Shown here: positions 24,196 to 36,468 of the stretch, piece by piece
Numbering within the stretch: position 1 is the first letter of the stretch
Layout of the letters: every line of letters begins with the position of its first letter
Assembly (NCBI RefSeq): GCF_963921235.1
Contig: NC_086097.1
Coordinates: 255,008,001-255,072,000 of the forward strand
Source: Mobula hypostoma
Taxonomy: Eukaryota
Length of the DNA stretch: 64,000 nt
Direction: 5' to 3'
Made by a program: the position numbers and the translations under genes
The notes under the pieces: model-generated
Told to the model about the DNA's origin: nothing
Databases searched by the model: none
Seen by the model: the letters and a program-made list of their open reading frames with translations, nothing else

Positions 24196-25897
24196 GACCA
24201 AGACTAAAATTGACAAAAACACATAATTCTACCAAATAATTACAGCAGTGCAAAGTAATACCGTAATTTGATAAGAGGAGACCATGGGCACCGCAAAAAA
24301 TATTTCAAAGACCTGATAGCCTCATCATCTCACGCAGACGGCAAAAGGAAGAAACTCCCCCTGCCATTAGCTTCCAGCGCCGCGAACGTGCTGATGCAGC
24401 GTCCTGGAAGCACCCGACCAGCCCTCTGGCACCGAACACCGAGCACCATCTCTGCCGAGCGCATCGACCCAGGCCGCGGCCGCCGAGTAACAGGTTAAGC
24501 AGGGGATTCGGGGCATTCCCCTCCGGAGATTTCCAATCACACAGTTGCAGCGGCAGCGAAGCAGGCATTTCAAAAGTTTCACCAGATGTTCCTCCTTGCT
24601 CTCACGTCTGCCTCCATCAAATCAGAATTGTGCACGGCCTCCTACTTGACAGATAACAGATATGCATCACCGGAAAGGCCGCGCGTAGCAAGTGTACAGA
24701 GGAAGAGACCGACACAAAGGCCCAGATGGAACATCGGTGACCTCTTCGTTGAAAGACATTCAGCAATCAGTCTAAGTTGAGCGATTCCAAAGTGCACGAG
24801 CAAGGGATGCCAGAATCTGAATTTCGGCGCATCGTTGGAGGGCAACGTTGAAAGCGAAGGCAGCTAACGACATTGTTAACGGCCTTATGTCGTTTCCATA
24901 TATCCGTTGAGTTGCAATTTGGCTCAACTGATGTGGTGGCAGAAGTCGGGAGAAGAATCTCCATATTTCTGCAAGTGGTTTGAAGTGGGAGCTGTGAAAC
25001 AGAAGAGGCAGATCTGCATTAAGTGTACAGGAGCATGAAATTGGATCGTCCTGCACAAGCGAGCTCTTGGAACAGCAGGTTTGCAGTGTGCGTATGTCTG
25101 CAGTGTGTGGTCCCTCCTATCATCGACCCGGAGAGAAGCAAATCGTCCCGTGATGATGGAATTCAGTCATTGAGCTGTGCAGCTGATTTGTCATTTGGCT
25201 GTACTTTTCCAAAAGTGTCGGAGAATGCGGCAACGAAATCGGCAGGTATGGCGGATTCGAGATTGCTCCTTTGAGTGCAGTGTAGATTTCCACCAAAATG
25301 AAGAGTTGTAGATGGAGTTTTACAATCTGCCAGAAGAAATAGATGACGCGGCCATCTCCTTGGTTCATGAAGATGTTCTGCTTCTGACACATGAGTTCCC
25401 ACCGGGGCGTAATGATCCAGGAAAGGTGAATGCGGAAATGTTGCTAAATCTGGTGTTGTTGGTGATATGTGGGTGTTGAGGGCCAGATTTCAGATGACCT
25501 GAATATGCATGACACGATATGTTTCGGTGTCTCTGTGAGGAAGTGATTGTACGCCGAATGTTTGTCGCTATATTGAAGTGGAGATATCAATTCCAACTGC
25601 AATAACAATCGGTTGTAAAAATAGACAGAAGGATATTTCTTTCCATGCGGGAGAATGATTTGTCGTTCGGGGACATGAAAGGTGACAGTGGCAGAAAGCG
25701 ACCGTATGTGTGTCTGAGTGGTTGGTTGATGACTGAGTGAGTGTGTCTGTGTGTGAGCTGATCATTTTGGCCCCTAGTGCTGGAAGGACTAGATAGTACA
25801 ATTGGCAGGCTGTTGCTCTGGGTCGAGAGACACCAGGATGAAAATCTCCATAATCATTGTCATAGGAGACAGCGCGGCGAAGCTTGGTGTCGCTTTT

Positions 25898-25983
25898 CCT
25901 TCGATAGCTCAGTTGGTAGAGCGGAGGACTGTAGAGGAAATGGAGTCATCCTTAGGTCGCTGGTTCGAATCCGGCTCGAAGGA
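25898..25983 (+). tRNA. tRNA-Tyr(GTA) with intron, intact; partner Ala deleted in this unit
   Basis: 86-nt consensus match. Confidence 0.96.
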
Positions 25984-26375
25984 TCGGGATTTCTTTTACT
26001 ACGCCGATCATCAATTCCGTACTACAGAACTTCTCGGTGGCACAAGACTGCAGTCCGAATTACTCCGACTCGTGACGGGATAGAATACAGAGGCATCTAA
26101 TTACAGAACTGGCAAGGCCAGCTGATCACTGGGTCACATTTCAGAGCGCTATGTCCTCATGATTGCTGCTCTGACACTACGACAACCGTGACTCGTCCCA
26201 AGGTAACACAGAGATGGAAATATTACATTAGATTAGATTAGGTTATGACGACATTCAGTCCTCATTCTTTTAAATCAACTTACAGTGCATTAAAAGCTGA
26301 TACAATGTTCCTCCGGTATGATATCACAAAAACACAAGAAGACCAAGACTAAAAGTGACAAAATCCACATAATTC

Positions 26376-26913
26376 AAAGAGCTTTTACAAGTATATTAAG
26401 AGCAAAAGGATTGTAAGGGGTAAAATTGGTCCTCTTGAAGATCATAGTGGTCGGCTCTGTGCGGAACCAAAGGAAATGGGGGAGATTTTAAATAGGTTTT
26501 TTGCGTCTGTAATTACTAAGGAAGCTGCCATGAAATCTATGGAATTGAGGGAATGAAGTAGTGAGACCATGGCAACTGTACAGATTGAAAAGGAAAAGGT
26601 GCTTGCTGTCTTGAGGAAAATTAAAGTGGATAAATCCCCGTGACCTGACAGGGTGTTCCCTCGGACCTTGAAGGAGAGTAGTGTTGAAATTGCGGGGGCC
26701 CTGGCAGAAATATTTGAAATGTCGCTGTCTACGGGTGAAGTGCCGGAGGATTGGAGAGTGGCTCATGTTGTTCCGTTGTTTAAAAAAGGATCGAAAAGTA
26801 ATCCGGGAAATTATAGGCCGGTGAGTTTAACGTCAGTAGTAGGTAAGTTATTGGAGGGAGTACTAAGAGACCGAATCTGCAAGCATTTGGATAGACAGGG
26901 GCTTATTAGGGAG
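26376..26913 (+). mobile_element. CR1 fragment, duplicate of the 16911 insertion, 3' part lost
   Basis: Identical 5' junction CACATAATTC|AAAGAGC and the same in-frame stops. Confidence 0.9.
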
Positions 26914-27500
26914 AGAAGTCGATGTTCATGCCATCAGGTTGGAGGTTTAATTCCATATCCCATTCCCATTCTGACATGTCTGTCCACGGCCTCCTCTACT
27001 GTGGAGATGAAGCCACACTCAGGTTGGAGGAACAACACCTTATATTCCGTCTGGGTAGCCTCCAACCTGATGGCATGAACATCGACTTCTCTAACTTCCG
27101 CTAAGGCCCCACCTCCCCCTCGTACCCCATCTGTTACTCATTTTTATGCACACATTCTTTCTCTCACTCTTCTTTTTCTCCCTCTGTTCCTCTGAATATA
27201 CCTCTTGCCCATCCTCTGGGTCACCCCCCCCCCCGCTTGTCTTTCTTCCCGGACCTCCTGTCCCATGATCCTCTCGTATCCCCTTTTCCCTATCACCTGT
27301 CCAGCTCTCGGCTCTATCCCTCCCCCTCCTGTCTTCTCCTATCATTTTGGATCTCCCCCTCCCCCTCCAACTTTCAAATCCCTTACTCACTCTTCCTTCA
27401 GTTAGTCCTGACGAAGGGTCTCGGCCTGAAATGTCGACTGCACCTCTTCCTATAGATGCTGCTTGGCCTGCTGCGTTCACCAGCAACTTTGATGTATGTT
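26912..27500 (+). mobile_element. Penelope-like element 3' fragment (GIY-YIG C-terminus and terminal region)
   Basis: HFN-like..SHSHSDMSVHGL..LRLEEQHLIFRLGSLQPDGMNIDF, pyrimidine-rich tract, hammerhead-bearing end. Confidence 0.88.
27404..27439 (+). ncRNA. Minimal type I hammerhead ribozyme motif (PLE-associated)
   Basis: AGTC-CTGACGA-AGG(GTCTCGG)CCT-GAAA-TGTC-GACT: helix I AGTC/GACT, core CUGANGA and GAAA, GUC cleavage triplet. Confidence 0.75.
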
Positions 27501-27873
27501 GAAGGATCGAGACTTCGTTTACTACGCCGATCATCAATTCCGTACTACAGAGCCTCTCAATGGCACAAGACTGCAGTCCGAATTGCTACGACTCGTGACG
27601 GGATAGAGTATCGAGGCATCTAATCACATAACAGGCAAGGCCAGCAGATCACTGGGTCACATTTCAGAGCGCTATGTCCTCACGCTTGCTGCTGTGACAG
27701 TACGACAACTCCCACTCGTCCTAAAGTAACACAAAGATAGAAATATTAGATTGCATATAATTAGATGATGAGGACACTCAGTCCTCGTTTACTGTAATTT
27801 TAAAAAGCATGCGTTAAAAAATGATACCATGTTCCTCCGGTATGATATCACAGATACACAAGACAGACTTGAA

Positions 27874-28566
27874 CATCAGTCAATGAACGCAAGCATGCAA
27901 GTAGAGCAGACAGTGAAGAAAGCTAATGGCATGCTGGCCTTTATAACAAGGGGAATTGACTATAAGAGCAAAGAGGTCCTTCTGCAGCTTTACAGCGCCC
28001 TGGTGAGATCACACCTGGAGTACTGTGTGTAGTTTTTGTCCACAAATCTGAGGAAGGACGTTCTTACTATTGAGGGAGTGCAGCGTAGGTTCACAAGGTT
28101 AATTCCCGGGATGACGGGACAGTCACACGTTAAAAGATTGGAGCGACTGGGCTTTTATAGACTGGAATTTAGAAGGATGAGAGGGCATCTGATTGAAACA
28201 TGTAAGATTATTAAAGGATTGGCCACGCTGCAACCAGGCAGCATTTTCCCGCTGATAGGTGAGTCCAGAACCAGAGGCCACAGTTTAAGAATTAGGGGTA
28301 GGACATTTAGAACGGAGTTTGGGAAGAACTTTTTCACCCAGAGAGTGGTGGATATATGGAATGCTCTGCCCCAGAAGGCTGTGGAGGCCAAGTATCTGGA
28401 TGCTTTGCAAAAAGAGATGGAAAGACCTCTTAAAGATAGCGGAATCAAAGGTTATGGGGATAAGGCAGGAACTGGATACAGATTGTGGATGATCAGCCAT
28501 GATCACAGTGAATGGCGGTGCTGGCTCGAACGGCCGAATGGCCTACATCTGCACCTATTGTCTATT
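27874..28566 (+). mobile_element. CR1 3' fragment (uninterrupted)
   Basis: RT C-terminal peptides and 3' UTR. Confidence 0.88.
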
Positions 28567-30275
28567 GACCAAGACTAAAACTGACAAAAAACATATAATT
28601 CTGCCAAATAGTTACAACAGTGCAAAGCAATACCGTAATTTTCTGAGAGCAGACCATGGGCACCGAAAAAAAAAGTTTCAAGACCCGATGGCCTCATCAT
28701 CTCACGCAGACGGCAGAAGGAAGAAACTCCCCCTGCCATGAGCTGTCAGCGCAGCGAACCTGCTGATACAGCGTCCTGGAAACACCCGACCACAGTCAGA
28801 CTCTTAGTCCGTCCGAAAACTTCGAGCCTCCGACCAGCCCTCCGACACCGAGCACCGAGCACCATCTCTGCCGAGCGCATCAACCCAGGCTCCGGCCGCC
28901 AAGCAACAGGCAAAGCCGAGAATTCGGGGCATTCCCCTCCGGAGATTTCGAAACGCACAGTAGTAGCAGCAGCGAAGTAGGCATTTCAGAAATTTCACCA
29001 GATGTTCCTCCGTGCTCTCACGTCTGCCTCCATCAAATCAGAATTGTGCACGGCCTCCTACTTGACAGATAACAGATATTCATCACCGGAGAGGCCGCGC
29101 GTAGCAAGTGTACAGAGGAAGAGACCGACACAAAGGCCCAGATTGAACATCGGTGACCTCTTGTTTGGAACACTTTTACCAATCAGTATAGGTTGAGCGA
29201 TTCCAGAGTGCACGACCAAGGGATGCAAGAATCTGAATTTCGGCTCATCGTTGGAGGGCACCGTTGAAAGCGAAGGCAGCTGACGACGCTGTTATCGGCA
29301 TATGTCGTTTCCATATATACGCTGAGGAGCATATCGGCTCATCTGTGTGGTGACACAAGTCGGGAGAAAAATCTTCATATTTCTGCAAGAGTTTTGAAGT
29401 GGGAGCTGCGAAACAGAAGAGGCAGATGTGTATTAACTGTACAGGAGCATGAAATTGGAGCGCCCCGCACAAGCGGGCTCTTGGAACAGCAGGTTTGAAG
29501 TGTGCGTATGTCTGCAGTGTGTTGTCCCTCCTATCATCGTCCAGGAGAAGCAAATTGTCTAGTGATGATGGAATTCAGTCATTCAGCTTTTCAGCTGATT
29601 TGACTTTTATCTGTAGTTTACCAAAAGTGTCGGAGAATGCGGTAACGAAATAGACAGAAATGGCAGATTCCAGAATGCTCTCTTATATAGCAGCGTTGAA
29701 TTCCAGGAGAATGTTGTGTCGTAGATGCAGATTTACAATCTGTCAGAAGAAGTGGATGACGCGGCTAACTCCTTAGTTCATGATGAAGTTCTGCTTCTGA
29801 CACATGAAGTCCCGCCGGGGCGTAATGGTACAGGAAAGCTGAATTGGAAAGGTTGCTAACCGTGGTGTTACTGGTGATATGTGGGTGCTGACGGGCCAGA
29901 CTTTAGCTGAGGTGAATACGCATGTTCACGGAAGCGACGCATTGCACGATATGTTTCGGTGTCTCTGTTAGGAAGTGATTGAACGCCGAATTTTTGTCGC
30001 CACATCGAAGTGGAGATATCAATTCCAACTGCAATAACAATCAGTTGTTAAAATAGACAGAAGGATAATTCTTTGTATGCGGGAGAATGAATTGTCGTTT
30101 GGGGACATGAAAAGTGACAGTGGCAGAGAGCGACCGTATGTGTGTCTGAGTGGTTGTTGATGATTGAGTGAGTGTGTCTGTGTGTGAGCTGCTGATTGTG
30201 CAACGGTGAGCAGCGGCAGACATGCAATGGCGCTTGTGGCGCTGAGCAAATTACAGGAGGTGGGTCGGATGTGCC

Positions 30276-30348
30276 GGGGAATTAGCTCAAATGGTCGAGC
30301 GCTCTCTTAGCATGCGAGAGGTAGCGAGATCGATGCTCGCATTCTCCA
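30276..30348 (+). tRNA. tRNA-Ala(AGC), mutated (A21C, G30T)
   Basis: 73-nt match. Confidence 0.88.
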
Positions 30349-30846
30349 GTGACGTTTTGTATACAGAGGCACTCGTCTCATCAAGTTGCTGTGAATGTTG
30401 GAATGCACAAAAGATAGGGGTGGCGGACAGGGAGAGGAGGGTGTCTTAGTCAAAGGAAAGGGGGAAATCTGCTACGTTGAAAGCAATTACGACGAAAAGC
30501 CAGCTGGCAGCTGGTGTTTCAGTGATGCATGAGCAGCAGGCGTCCATTCAGACAGAAATCAGTTAAGTGGTCGAAAGGAAATTGCCCTGGACTGTGGGGG
30601 AAATGGGAAAGCGGACTGGCCTTTGATTTTGACAAGCAAAGTAGATCAAAGAACTGTGTTGGAGTCGCACCGAGAATGGTGAGCAGCTCGGTGATGTGCG
30701 TGATCCGGTCGCCTGTGGTCCCTAGTGCTGGAAGGACTAGACATTACAATTGGCAGGCTGTTGCTCTGGGTCGTCAGACACTAGGATGAAAATCTGTGTA
30801 ATCATTGTCGGTAGCAGCCAACGTGGCGAAGCTTGGTGTCGCTTTT

Positions 30847-30932
30847 CCTTCGATAGCTCAGTTGGTAGAGCGGAGGACTGTAGAGGAAACGGAGTCATCC
30901 TTAGGTCGCTGGTTCGAATCCGGCTCGAAGGA
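30847..30932 (+). tRNA. tRNA-Tyr(GTA) with intron, intact exons
   Basis: 86-nt match; intron AGGAAACGGAGTC. Confidence 0.96.
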
Positions 30933-31299
30933 TCGGGACTTCTTTTACTACGCGTATCATCAATTCCATACTACAGAGCTTCTCGGTGGCACAAGACTGT
31001 AGTCCGAATTGCTCCGACTCGTGACGGGATAGAATACAGAGGCATCTTATCACATAACAGGCAAGGCCAGCAGATCACTAGATCACATTTTACAGCGCTA
31101 TGTCCTCACGCTTGCTGCTCTGACAGTACGACAACTCTCACTCGTCCTAAAATAACACAAAGATAGAAATATTAGATTAGATATGATTAGATGATGTAGA
31201 CACTCAGTCCTCGTTCACTGTAATTTTAAAATGCATGCCTTAAAAAATGATACTATGTTCCTCCGGTATGATATCACAGAAACACAAGACAGACTTGAA

Positions 31300-31625
31300 C
31301 ATCAGTCACTGAAAGTAAGCATGCAAGTACAGCAGGCAGTGAAGAAAACTAATGGCATGCTGGCCTTCATAACAAGGGGAATTGAGTTTAAGAGAAAAGA
31401 GGTCCTTTTCAGCTGTACAGGGCCCTGGTGAGACCAGACCTGCAGTACTGTGTGCAGTTTTGATCTCCAAATTTGAGGATTTGCATTCTTACTAATGAGG
31501 GAGTGCAGCGCAGGTTCACAAGAATAATTTCCGGGATGGCGGGACTGTCATGTGTCGAAAGATTGGAGCGACTGGGTTTTTATATTCTGGAATTTAGAAG
31601 GCTGAGAGGGGATCTTATTGAAACT
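31300..31625 (+). mobile_element. CR1 fragment
   Basis: Homologous to 24-350. Confidence 0.85.
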
Positions 31626-31628
31626 TAG

Positions 31629-32486
31629 ATAGAAACATAGAAACATAGAAAATAGGTGCAGGAGTAGGCCATTCGGCCCTTCAAGCCTGCACCGCCATTT
31701 ATTATGATCATGGCTGATCATCCAACTCAGAACCCCGCCCCAGCCTTCCCGCCATACCCCCTGACCCCTGTAGCTACAAGGGCCATATCTAACTCCCTCT
31801 TAAACATAGCCAATGAACTGGCCTCAACAGTCTCCTGTGGCAGAGAATTCCACAGATTCACCACTCTCTGTGTGAAGAAGTTTTTCCTAATCTCGGTCCT
31901 AAAAGGCTTCCCCTCTATCCTCAAACTGTGACCCCTCGTTCTGGACTTCCCTAACATCGGGAACAATCTTCCTGCATCTAGCCTGTCCAATCCCTTCAGG
32001 ATCTTATACATTTCAATCAGATCCCCCCTCAATCTTCTAAATTCCAACGAGTACAAGCCCAATTCATCCAGTCTTTCTTCATATGAAAGTCCTGCCATCC
32101 CAGGAATCAATCTGGTGAACCTCCTTTGTACTCCCTCTGTTGCAAAGATGTCTTTCCTCAGATTAGGGGACCAAAACTGCACACAATACTCCAGGTATGG
32201 TCTCACCAAGGCCTTGTACAACTGCAGTAGTACCTCCCTGCTCCTGTACTCGAATCCTCTCGCTATAAATGCCAGCATACCATTCGCCTTTTTCACCGCC
32301 TGCTGTACCTGCATGCCCACTTTCAATGACTGGTGTATAATGACACCCAGGTCTCGTTGCACCTCCCATTTTCTTAATCGGCCATCATTCAGATAATAAT
32401 CTGTTTTCCTATTTTTGTCACCAAAGTGGATAACTTCACATTTATCCACATTAAATTGCATCTGCCATGAATTTTCCCACTCACCC
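31629..32486 (-). mobile_element. 5'-truncated CR1 with (TTTCTATG)n tail
   Basis: ORF 31727-32461 MQFNVDKCEVIHFG...LVRPYLEYCVQFWSP...NFFTQRVVNLWNSLP. Confidence 0.93.
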
Positions 32487-32575
32487 CTGTTGTTCTGGGT
32501 CGAAAGTCACCAGGATGAAAATCTGCATAATCATTGTCGGTAGGAGCCAGCGTGGCGAAGCTTGGTATCGCTTTT

Positions 32576-32661
32576 CCTTCGATAGCTCAGTTGGTAGAGC
32601 GGAGGACTGTAGAGGAAATGGAGTCATCCTTAGGTCGCTGGTTCGAATCCGGCTCGAAGGA
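32576..32661 (+). tRNA. tRNA-Tyr(GTA) with intron, intact
   Basis: 86-nt consensus match. Confidence 0.96.
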
Positions 32662-32923
32662 TCGGGACTTCTTTTACTACGCGGATCATCAATTCCGTAC
32701 TACAGAGCTTCTCGGTGGCACAAGACTGCAGTCCGAATTGCTCCGACTCGTGACGGGATAGAATACAGAGGCATCTAATCACATTACAGGCAAGGCCTGC
32801 AGAACACTGGATCACATTTCAGAGCGCTATGTCCTCACGCTTGCCGCTCTGACAGTACGACAACTCTCACTCGTCCTAAAGTAACAGAAAGATAGAAATA
32901 TTAGTTATAAGATAGAAATATAA

Positions 32924-33024
32924 GTTGGTCCTAACGAAGGGTCTCGGCCTGAAACGTCGACTGCGCCTCTTCCTATAGATGCTGCTTGGCCTGCTGCGTT
33001 CACCAGCAACTTTGATGTGTGTTG
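32924..33024 (+). mobile_element. ~100-bp Penelope-like terminal fragment, duplicate of 6217-6317
   Basis: Same sequence and junctions. Confidence 0.8.
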
Positions 33025-33161
33025 ATAGAAATATTAGATTGGATATAATTAGATGATGAGGACACTCGCTCTTCGTTTACTGTAATTTTAAAATACATGC
33101 GTTATAATATGATACCATGTTCCTCTGGTATGATATCACCGAAACACAAGACAGACTTGAA

Positions 33162-33854
33162 CATCAGTCACTGAAAGTAAGCATGCAAGTACAGCAGGCA
33201 GTGAATAAAGCTAATGGCATGCTGGCCTTCATAACAAGAGGAATTGAGTATAAGAGCAAAGAGGTCCTTCTGCAGCTGTACAGGGCCCTGGTGAGAGCAG
33301 ACCTGGAGTACTGTGTGCAGTTTTGGTCTCCAATTTGAGGAAGGACATTCTTTGCTATTGAGGGAGTGCAGCGTCGGTTCACAAGGTTAATTCCCGGGAT
33401 GGCGGGACAGTCATATGTTGAAAGATTGGAGCGACTGGGCTTTTATACACAGGAATTTAGAAGGATGAGAAGGGATCTTATTGAAACATTTAAGATTATT
33501 AAGAGATTGGACACGCTGCAGGCAGGAAACATGTTCTCGCTGATGGGTGAGTCCAGAACCAGAGGCCACAGTTTAAGAATAAGGGGTGGGCCATTTCGAA
33601 CGGAGTTGAGGAAGAACTTTTTCACCCAGAGAGTGGTTGTTATATGGAATGCTCTGCCCCAGAGGTCCGTGGAGGCCAAGTCTCTCGATGCTTTCAGGAA
33701 AGAGATGGATAGAGCTCTTAAAGATAGCGGAATCAAAGGTTATGGGGATAAGGCAGGAACTGGATACAGATTGTGGATGATCAGCCATGATCACAGTGAA
33801 TGGCGGTGCTGGCTCGAACGGCCGAATGGCCTACATCTGCACCTATTGTCTATT
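33162..33854 (+). mobile_element. CR1 3' fragment (uninterrupted)
   Basis: RT C-terminal peptides and 3' UTR. Confidence 0.88.
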
Positions 33855-35565
33855 GACCAAGACTAAAACTGACAAAAAACACATAATTCTGCCAAATAGT
33901 TACAACAGTGCAAAGCAATGCCGTAATTTGATAAGTGCAGTCCATGGGTACCGAAAAAAAAAGTTTCAAAGTCCCGATGGCCTCATCATCTCACTCAGAC
34001 GGTAGAAGGAAGAAACTCCGCCTGCCATGAGCTTCCAGCGCCGCGAACTTGCCGATGCAGCGTCCTGGAAGCACCCGACCACAGTCCGACTCTTAGTCCG
34101 TCCGAAAACTTCGAGCCTCCGACCAGCCCTCCGACACCGAGCACCGAGCACCATCTCTGCCGAGCGCATTGACCCAGGACCCGGCCGCCAACCAACGTGC
34201 AAAGCCGAGGATCCGGGACATTCCTCTCCGGAGATTTCCGATCACACAGTAGCAGCGGCAGCGAAGCAGGCATTTCAGAAATTTCACCAGATGTTCCTCC
34301 GTGCTCACACGTCTGCCTCCATCAAATCAGAATTGTGCACGGCCTCCTACTTGACAGATAACAGATATTCATCAGCGGAGAGGCCGCGCGTAGCAAGTGT
34401 ACAGAGGAAGAGACCGACACAAAGGCCCAGATTGAACATCGGTGACCTCTACTTTGGACCACATTTAGCAATCAGTCTAGGTTGAGCGATTCCAAAGTGC
34501 TCGACCAAGGGATGCAAGAATCTGAATTTCGGCTCATCGTTGGAGGCCACCGTTGAAAGCGAAGGCAGCTGACGACATTGCTATCGGCCTTATGTCGTTT
34601 CCATATATCCGCTGAGGTGCACATCGGCTCATCTGTGTGGTGGCACAAGTCGGGGGAAAAATCTTCATATTTCTGCAAGAGCTTTGAAGTGGGAGCCGCC
34701 AAACAGAAGAGACAGATCTGCATTAAGTGTACAGGAGCATGAAATTGGAGCGCCCTGCACAAGCGAGCTCTTGGAAAAGCAGGTTTGCAGTGTGCGCACG
34801 TCTGCAGTGTGTTGTCCCTGCTATCACCGTCCAGGAGAGGCAAATCGTCTAGTGATGATGGAATTCAATCATTCTGCTTTTGAGCTGATTTGACTTTTAT
34901 CCGTAGTTTTCCAAAAGGGTCGGAGAATGCGGCAACTAAATAGACAAGAATGGCGATCCCAGAATGCTCTCTTTGATAGCAGTGTAGAATTTCAGGAGAA
35001 TATTGTGTCGTAGATGTAGTTTTACAATCTGTCAGAAGAAATGTATGACGCGGCCAAAGCCTTCGTTCATGATGAGGTTCTGCTTCTGACACATTTGCCC
35101 CCGCCGGGACGTAATAGTACAGGAAAGGTGAATAGGAAAGGTTGCTAACAGTGGTGTTGTTGGTGATATGTGGGTGTTGACGGGCCACACTTTAGCTGAG
35201 GTGAATACGCATGTTCACGGAAGCGACGCATTACACGGTATGTTTCGATGTCTCTGTGAGGAAGTGATTGTACGCTGAATGTTTGTCGCTACATTGAAGT
35301 GGAGATATCAATTCCAACTGCAATAACAATCGGCTGTAAAAATACACAGAAATATAATTCTTTTCATGCAGGAGAATGATTTGTCGTTTGGGGACATGAA
35401 AGGTGACAGTGGCAGAGAGCGACCGTATGTGTGTCTGAGTGGTTGGTTGATTATTGAGTGAGTGTGTCTGTGTGTGAGCTGCTGATTGTGGAACGGTGAG
35501 CAGTGACAGGCATGCAATGGTGCTTGTGGCGCTGAGGAAATGACAGGAGGTGAACCGGATGTGCT

Positions 35566-35638
35566 GGGGAATTAGCTCAAATGGTAGAGCGCTCGCTTAG
35601 CATGCGAGAGGTAGCGAGATCGATGCCCGCATTCTCCA
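35566..35638 (+). tRNA. tRNA-Ala(AGC), A52.C62 mismatch
   Basis: 73-nt match, T arm GCGAG-ATCGATG-CCCGC. Confidence 0.92.
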
Positions 35639-36143
35639 TTGACATTTTGTATCCAAAGGCACTCGTCTCATTAAATTGCTCTGAAGTTTGGAATGCACAA
35701 AATATAGGGTGGCAGAGAGGGAGAGAAACGTGTCTCAGGCAAAGGAAACGGGGAGATGTCAGAGGTCTGCTGCGTTGAAGGCAGGTAGGCGGAATAGGTC
35801 GCTGGCAGCTGGTGTTTCAGTAATGCATGAACTGCAGGCGACCATTTAGTCAGCAATCAGTTCAGTGGTCAAAAGGAATTTGCCCTGGACACTGGGCGAA
35901 ATGAGAAAGCTGAGTAGCCTTTGATTTTGACAAGCAAAGAAGATAAAAGAGCTGTGTTGGAGTCGCACCGAGAATGGTGATAAACTCGGTGATGTGCGTC
36001 ATTCGGTCCCCTGTGGCCCCTAGTGCTGGAAGGACTAGATATTACATTTGGCAGGCTGTTGCCATGGGTTAACAGACACTGGGACAAAAATCTGCATAAT
36101 CATTGTCATAGGAGACAACTTGGCGAAGCTTGGTGTCGCTTCT

Positions 36144-36229
36144 CTTTCGATCCCTCCGTTGGTAGAGCGGAGGACTGTAGAGGAAATGGAGTCATCCTTA
36201 GGTCGCTGCTTCGAATCCGGCTCGAAGGA
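36144..36229 (+). pseudogene. tRNA-Tyr(GTA) probable pseudogene
   Basis: A box altered (CTTTCGATCCCTCCG) and B box GCTTCG. Confidence 0.85.
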
Positions 36230-36468
36230 TGGGGACTCCTTTTACTACGCCGATCATCAATTCCGTACTACAGAGCTTCTCGGTGGCACAAGACTGCACT
36301 CCGAATTGCTCTGAGTCGTGACGGGATAGAATACAGAGCCATCTAATCACATAACAGGCAAGGCCAGCAGATCACTGGGTCACATTTCAGAGCGCTATGT
36401 CCTCACGCTTGCTGCTCTGACAGTACGACAACTCTCACTCGTCCTAAAGTAACACAAAGATAGAAATA

